This document shows positions 41,171-46,118 of a stretch of 46,118 nt of DNA, piece by piece. Source of the stretch: a virus. Under the pieces are notes generated by a model. It did no database searches. It saw only the letters and a program-made list of their open reading frames with translations, and was not told the DNA's origin. The stretch is taken from positions 1 to 46,118 of IMG/VR virus record IMGVR_UViG_3300048848_000044; one strand, 5' to 3'. Numbering within the stretch: the first letter of the stretch is position 1; each line of letters starts with the position of its first letter. The translations under genes were made by a program, and so were the position numbers.

Positions 41171-41561
41171 TTTCCAATCGTTGCCGGCGTTCCTGAATTG
41201 CGTCCAGGGAAACCCGTTTTTGTAGCAGCTCGCGGGCGTCCCCATACCCTTGCATCATCGCGGTTAGGCGGGCCACTTCGGCTTCGGAGTGACTATGCTT
41301 GTCCTGGCAGTCGTGGAGGCTTTCCCGCAGCCCGACGATTTCTTTTTCCGCGTGACTAAGGCGAACGGCTACGCGCTCCAGCTCTTCCCGCAGATTGGAG
41401 ATAATGAACCGGGTGTCCGCGTCCAGGCGGTCTTCCCGGGCATCCGAGCGCTTCGCGAAGAATTCCAAGAGCCACTTGACGGCGCCGAAGCCCGTACCGG
41501 CCGCAGCTCCCGCCGCTGCCCATCCTGGTAGCCAATTCGGTATCATAGTGAAAATTTCCAC
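41157..41561 (-). CDS. Membrane-anchored coiled-coil protein (i-spanin-like or holin/antiholin candidate)
   Basis: 134-aa ORF (GTG 41561 or ATG 41546). N-terminal Gly/Ala-rich TM segment, then a long charged helix. Confidence 0.5.
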   Translation of the reverse strand: MEIFTMIPNWLPGWAAAGAAAGTGFGAVKWLLEFFAKRSDAREDRLDADTRFIISNLREELERVAVRLSHAEKEIVGLRESLHDCQDKHSHSEAEVARLTAMMQGYGDARELLQKRVSLDAIQERRQRLENDHD

Positions 41562-41615
41562 GGTTCGTCCGTCCTTTATACCGTGCTAGGCTACTGGCGA
41601 TACTAGAAAATTCCG

Positions 41616-44552
41616 TTATCCCCCGCGCATGATCCGCTCGACATAATCCTGCGTTTCTGCGATACGCGGAACGCCTCCCGCTTTCTGGACCGCACCAGGA
41701 CCGGCGTTGTAGGCGGCAAGCGCCAATTCCACGTCCCCGCCGAATTTGCGCAGCATTTCGCGCATGTAGGCCATGCCAATCAGCTCGTTATATGCCGGGT
41801 CCGAATAGTAGGCGTCTTCGTCCCACGGCAAGCCGGCAAGGCGCGCTGCCTCCGGGGCAGTGCCGGGCATCACTTGCGCGATACCGATGGCGCCGGCCGA
41901 GCTTTCCAAGGGATCGCCGCTGCCGTCGAATTGCTGCCGGTTGCTCTCCTGGCCTGTCTGGCGCTGCCAAAGGTCGAGAAATTCCGGGTCTTCTTCGGCG
42001 TAAGTCTGTTCAAGCTGCGCGGTATAGTCGCCCGGCTCGACTTCCTCATATTCCCCGGTATCGGTTACGGTGCCCTCAATTCCTTCGGCGTCTTCGGCGC
42101 CATCCCCGTCGGCGTCCTGGAAAGGCGTGTCGCTCTCGGCAGCTTCGGCGGACGGGATCATAGCTCCGGTGTCGATATCGGAATTGCCGGCCTGCCCGAG
42201 AATGTTGCCGGTCGCGCTGCCGAAAGTTTCCCGCACGCTCTTGCCAATGGCGTCCAGCGCATTTCGCCCTTGCGGGCCAGCACGCCGTAGAAGCGAAATT
42301 GCCGCGTTCGTCGTGTCGGCGTCCTGCGAAAAGAGCATGTCGACAATCTGCCGAGCCCGAGCCGTGGGGAGCCGCGTCAGACGAACCATTTGAGCAATGG
42401 CGCCCATTTTCGTCGTGGCGAAGGTGCCCGGGGACAAGGCGACGAGCATCCGCGCGATATCCTCCGGACCGGCCGTGTCGGCGTCGCGGCTCGTCTCATT
42501 GCCGACGGATGCGAGGCGACGAGCGCTTTCCGTCTGCGCCCGAGCTGCCCGGGTAATCGTGTCCGCCGCTTGCCCGCCGAGATTGCCCGTCAGAGCCTCT
42601 TGCGTCTGCCCGCTCTCGGCAATGTTGAGCGTGCGGCGTAGCACTTCGTCCCCGCCCCCGGCGAAATCGCGCTGGAGAACGTTCGATTGGCCCAAGAGCC
42701 GGCCCGTCGCACCTTCCGGTGTGTCGTAGGCGTTCCCGGCTTCCTGGCCGGCCGCACGACTGTTCACGGGAACGGCGGCGCGGGTCCGGGTCCGAACGCC
42801 TTCGGCCATACCCTCCATTTGCCGGGATCGAGCGGCATAAGCGGCGCGCATCTGGTCGGCCAGCTCGCGGGCTTCGGCCGGCAGGCTGTCCAGAAGGTGA
42901 TTGACCGCCCGTTGCGAGGCGAGAAAATTCGTGCTGGCCGGCGACGTATCCCCCAGCTTGTCAATTAGCCGAGTGATATCGTTGACGGTGAGGCCAGACA
43001 CGTCCGCCGTGGGCTCGCCCGAAGTCGGCCGCAGACGCATAGCGCCGGCAGCATTGCGGATAAGCGCGTTCAGCTCCGGGTCGGAATAGACTTCCTCCAC
43101 GCTGCCGTCCGGGTTCATCCGGGGCGCCGTCGGGAATAGCGCGTCCAGGTCATCCGCCACGGGCATGTCGTCGACCGGCTGCATGGTCGCGCTTGCTTCG
43201 GTACGGCGCAAATTCTCTAGGTCCAGCGGGCTCCGCGTCGCCGCCCGAGCAATCAGAACGTCTTCGGGAGCATTCGTCCCGCCGCGTGCCGTTGCAAGGT
43301 CCGCTTGCATCCGCTGGAGCGCACGCGCCCGGGGTCCGCCCGTCGCGATCCGGGTTGTCGCGGACATTTCGGGGCCGATATTGGCGACGCGCTGGCGTAC
43401 CGCCGCCGAAACTTGTTCCGACGTATCCGGAGCCCGCTTAAGGATTTGCTTCGCGAGCCGGTTGCGGTCCTTCAACGGGAGAATTTCGTATAGCGTCGGG
43501 TCAGCGCCCGTTTCTTGACGGAAGCGAACCGCAGCTTGCTCCATTTCTTCCAGCGACGTGTCGGTGAACCGGCGAAGAATTCGGCCGGCGCTCGGGGTTT
43601 TCACCAAGTCCGCCACGGGCCGCAGCGCGAAGCCGGCCACCTTGCCGAGCCCCTTGAGCGCCACGGGAGCCACGGCGCCAATCGTCGCCGCCGTGCTTAC
43701 GTCGGAACCCTCGCCGGCCGCTTGTGCTGCGCCGCCTGCCGCGCCACCTAGCGAGAGCTTCGCCACGTTCCGGACGTTCTGCCCACGACGCACGGTTGCG
43801 GAGCCCTGGAGAGCCCGGCCGGCCGCACGAACGGCAGCGGGGGCACCGGAGCCGGCCACCTTCGCGCCGATACCCCGCACGGCAGCGCCAGCGGCGTTTC
43901 CGCCAGCCACGGCGCCATAGACGGTCCCCAGGACGTTGCCGGTTGTCGACTTGGCGCGCTGGCGGTCGGTATCCTTCCGAACGTCGTCCAGGACTTCGCC
44001 AAAGTCGCGATCCGAGAACGGGGCGATAAGCGCGGCAGCGGCCAATTCGGGAACGCCGAACAGAGAACGGCCGGTTGCGGCGCTCATGCTTTCCGTCAGG
44101 TCGCCCAAGAAATTCCCGCCCGGGAGCTGGCGCAAGAGGCTCTTGCTTTCAACCGGCTTCGGAACAGACGGCTTAACGGCGGGACGGGCAGAAGCCACGC
44201 GCAGCTTCGCCACGCGGGGATCGGAGAAATACTTGTCCCGCGCCCTTTGCTGATATTTCGGGGGCAGCTTCGCAATTTTCGCTTCCAGCTCTGCGCTTCC
44301 CCGGTCGATGGCAGCTTTTGCGTCACCAGAACGAAGGACGGATGGCGCCCGGGGAGCCTTTGGCGCGGGGGCCGGGGCGGAAGCCGTCGCTTTCGGGGCC
44401 TTGCCGCGTCCGCCGTCCAAGGCGGTAACTTGAAGGTCCGGGAATTCTTGCTGCGCACGGGCAGTTACCGCTTCCGGCGTAATATCGTCGGGAGCGCCGC
44501 GATACATATGCGTCGAGCCATCGGAGAATTTTACGGTGATATCGCGGGGCAT
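41616..44552 (-). CDS. Internal virion/ejection protein with C-terminal soluble lytic transglycosylase (SLT) domain
   Basis: 978 aa. The C-terminus LESSAGAIGIAQVMPGTA...ALAAYNAGPGAV carries the ES / G-x-x-Q / AYNAG SLT signature. Confidence 0.8.
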   Translation of the reverse strand: MPRDITVKFSDGSTHMYRGAPDDITPEAVTARAQQEFPDLQVTALDGGRGKAPKATASAPAPAPKAPRAPSVLRSGDAKAAIDRGSAELEAKIAKLPPKYQQRARDKYFSDPRVAKLRVASARPAVKPSVPKPVESKSLLRQLPGGNFLGDLTESMSAATGRSLFGVPELAAAALIAPFSDRDFGEVLDDVRKDTDRQRAKSTTGNVLGTVYGAVAGGNAAGAAVRGIGAKVAGSGAPAAVRAAGRALQGSATVRRGQNVRNVAKLSLGGAAGGAAQAAGEGSDVSTAATIGAVAPVALKGLGKVAGFALRPVADLVKTPSAGRILRRFTDTSLEEMEQAAVRFRQETGADPTLYEILPLKDRNRLAKQILKRAPDTSEQVSAAVRQRVANIGPEMSATTRIATGGPRARALQRMQADLATARGGTNAPEDVLIARAATRSPLDLENLRRTEASATMQPVDDMPVADDLDALFPTAPRMNPDGSVEEVYSDPELNALIRNAAGAMRLRPTSGEPTADVSGLTVNDITRLIDKLGDTSPASTNFLASQRAVNHLLDSLPAEARELADQMRAAYAARSRQMEGMAEGVRTRTRAAVPVNSRAAGQEAGNAYDTPEGATGRLLGQSNVLQRDFAGGGDEVLRRTLNIAESGQTQEALTGNLGGQAADTITRAARAQTESARRLASVGNETSRDADTAGPEDIARMLVALSPGTFATTKMGAIAQMVRLTRLPTARARQIVDMLFSQDADTTNAAISLLRRAGPQGRNALDAIGKSVRETFGSATGNILGQAGNSDIDTGAMIPSAEAAESDTPFQDADGDGAEDAEGIEGTVTDTGEYEEVEPGDYTAQLEQTYAEEDPEFLDLWQRQTGQESNRQQFDGSGDPLESSAGAIGIAQVMPGTAPEAARLAGLPWDEDAYYSDPAYNELIGMAYMREMLRKFGGDVELALAAYNAGPGAVQKAGGVPRIAETQDYVERIMRGG

Positions 44553-44561
44553 GGGATCGCC

Positions 44562-46046
44562 TTACCAATTCGAGACGGAAGGACCGGACTTGCGGCCGGC
44601 CGGGCGAGGCTTCAACGTCGGACGGCTCCCGCCCCGGGAATTCCCGTTACGGGCAGGCGCAGCGGGCTTTGCGGCAGGCTTGGAATTCGCCACCATGTCC
44701 TCAAGGCGCTGCATGGCCGCTTCGTTCGTCTCGCGGCTCTGCGTCGGGTCGGTTGCCTGCATGAGCGCAAGCTTCATGTCCGCGTTACTGTCGAGCTGCT
44801 TCGACGACATGCCGGTAGCCGCCTTGATCGCCTGGACGATGGCCGGCCGGGAATTCTTGATATTGTCTCGGTACGTCTGCGCCTTCGTGCCCACGGCACC
44901 TTCGACGAGCTGGCCGGCTGCGGAAGCCCGAGCGCGAGCGACGACGTTACCGGCGACGTTGCCCCCGGCGCGCACAAGGCCACCCTCGCGATCCAGGTCC
45001 GCGTAATTCTTCCGGAGCCCGCCGAGAACCGACGAGAAAGCGCGCGTGTCGGTTGTCCCGCCGCCGTCCTTCGCTGCGGCTTTCGCGCGGTCCGCCTCCA
45101 GCCTGTCACGGGCAATTTCGGCTCGCGTGCGAATTCCTTCGCGCATCGTAAGATTGCGCTCCCGGTTCGTCCGTTCCTGGATCACCAGACGGTCCCGGCC
45201 GAGCTGCAATTGGCCTTGCTGATACGGGTTGATGCCGCTCGTTATGTTCCGCAGATATTCTTCGGCTTGCTCCGGGTCTTCCTTCTGGAGCATCCGGTAA
45301 ATCGTCAGCTCTTTCGGCTGCGATCCCGTCACCGTCGGGTCCGTCGCCGCGCGAAGCGTCTCGATAGTCTCGCGCGGGTTCGATTGCAGCGAACGGCCGA
45401 ACACGTCGGCTTCCTCCGGGGAAAGCCCAAGCTGCTGCGCCAATGCCGGGAACGCCCGAGCAACGCCTTCGGGGCCGGCACTGTCCAGGACCGCGCTAAG
45501 GCCACGCGCAGCTTGCCCGAACCGCGTAACTTGATCGTCGCGAAGCTCGTTTTCGCCCTTGGAATATTTTTGGGTGTTGAATTTGTCCTGCCACCCGTAA
45601 TCGACTTGCTGACGCTGCCGCGCCCGCTCTTCGTCGGCCCGTTGCTGCGCGGCGTCCAGCCGGGGCTGATACTGCGCTTGAGCGCCGCCGACATTCGCCA
45701 CCACGTCAGAAATCCCGCCGATCACGTCGAGAATGCTGCGCTTGCCGGTAGGCGCCTCGATTGCCGGGGCCTGCGGCGCAAGTTGCTGGAAAACGTTCGT
45801 CGTGTCGATGGGAGCGCCGAGCGGGTTCACGTCGAGCGGCCCGGGGGCGCCTAGCGCATTATCGAACGCGCCGGCCAGCTCGGGCGTCACCATGGACGCG
45901 GGAGGCGTGACGGGGCTCGCCATAGCGGGACCAAGCCCGGCCGGCGCGAGAGCTGCCGTTGCTGGAGCCGCGAGCGCTGCGGGGGCGCCGCCGCCAATCC
46001 CGAGAGCGCCGCCAATCGAGTTTCCGATATCCGTTAGAAAGCTCAT
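44562..46046 (-). CDS. Internal virion/ejection protein
   Basis: 494 aa from ATG 46046, which overlaps (TAATG) the stop of gene 55-738 across the circular junction. Ala/Gly/Pro-rich N-terminus and a helical charged body. Confidence 0.65.
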   Translation of the reverse strand: MSFLTDIGNSIGGALGIGGGAPAALAAPATAALAPAGLGPAMASPVTPPASMVTPELAGAFDNALGAPGPLDVNPLGAPIDTTNVFQQLAPQAPAIEAPTGKRSILDVIGGISDVVANVGGAQAQYQPRLDAAQQRADEERARQRQQVDYGWQDKFNTQKYSKGENELRDDQVTRFGQAARGLSAVLDSAGPEGVARAFPALAQQLGLSPEEADVFGRSLQSNPRETIETLRAATDPTVTGSQPKELTIYRMLQKEDPEQAEEYLRNITSGINPYQQGQLQLGRDRLVIQERTNRERNLTMREGIRTRAEIARDRLEADRAKAAAKDGGGTTDTRAFSSVLGGLRKNYADLDREGGLVRAGGNVAGNVVARARASAAGQLVEGAVGTKAQTYRDNIKNSRPAIVQAIKAATGMSSKQLDSNADMKLALMQATDPTQSRETNEAAMQRLEDMVANSKPAAKPAAPARNGNSRGGSRPTLKPRPAGRKSGPSVSNW

Positions 46047-46118
46047 TAGAGCGCCCCATAATTGACAGTTTGGAAGCCACCGACGACGGGGCCGAGAGCC
46101 CACGGGCGAATTTCGGCA
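45992..46118. repeat. Terminal direct repeat copy 2 (identical to 1-127)
   Basis: Exact 127-nt identity with the window start. Confidence 0.95.

Noticed and set aside
1-46118. CRISPR arrays, integrase/attachment sites, toxin-antitoxin pairs and DNA methyltransferases
   Set aside because: I saw no regularly spaced repeat-spacer structure and no Tyr/Ser recombinase or methyltransferase motifs in any credible ORF. Absence is judged by eye only.

Overview
The window is a complete, circularly closed dsDNA phage genome. The first 127 nt are repeated exactly as the last 127 nt, so the unique length is about 45,991 bp. It is GC-rich and very densely coded, with about 69 genes. I recognised no tRNA, CRISPR array, integrase, reverse transcriptase or phage RNA polymerase by eye. 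Two arms diverge from a 1.1-kb non-coding control region (22630-23733) and converge at 40213-40216, where the two terminal genes overlap at their stop codons. The plus arm (23794-40216) carries small early genes and a replication module: AEP primase-polymerase/RepA-like helicase, MerR-type regulator, SNF2 helicase, Cas4-like PD-(D/E)XK nuclease, gp2.5/DUF2815-like SSB, family A DNA polymerase and a RuvC-like resolvase. The minus arm (22629 down to 55, continuing across the junction from 46046 down to 40213) carries small early/middle genes, including a mini protein-kinase-like gene. It then carries a P22-like podovirus morphogenesis module: TerL, portal, scaffold, P22-coat-like MCP, two gp4-like adaptor paralogs, a gp10-like hub, a 1122-aa discoidin-domain tail fibre and a stand-alone S74 chaperone-domain protein. 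Two internal/ejection proteins follow, one with an SLT domain, and then a lysis cassette. The most unusual observations are as follows. (1) At least 13 unrelated proteins on both arms end in the same C-terminal peptide x-[Y/F/L]-D-L-COOH, usually after a Pro-containing linker. (2) An 18-nt stop/start junction cassette CTGGAGTATGACCTATGA is reused five times. (3) Two intergenic hairpins have an identical loop and compensatory stem changes. (4) The control region and mRNA leaders are dense in repeats. (5) A 41-nt perfect inverted identity links two distant genes. Functional names come from motif recognition by eye and from memory of protein families; no database search was run.
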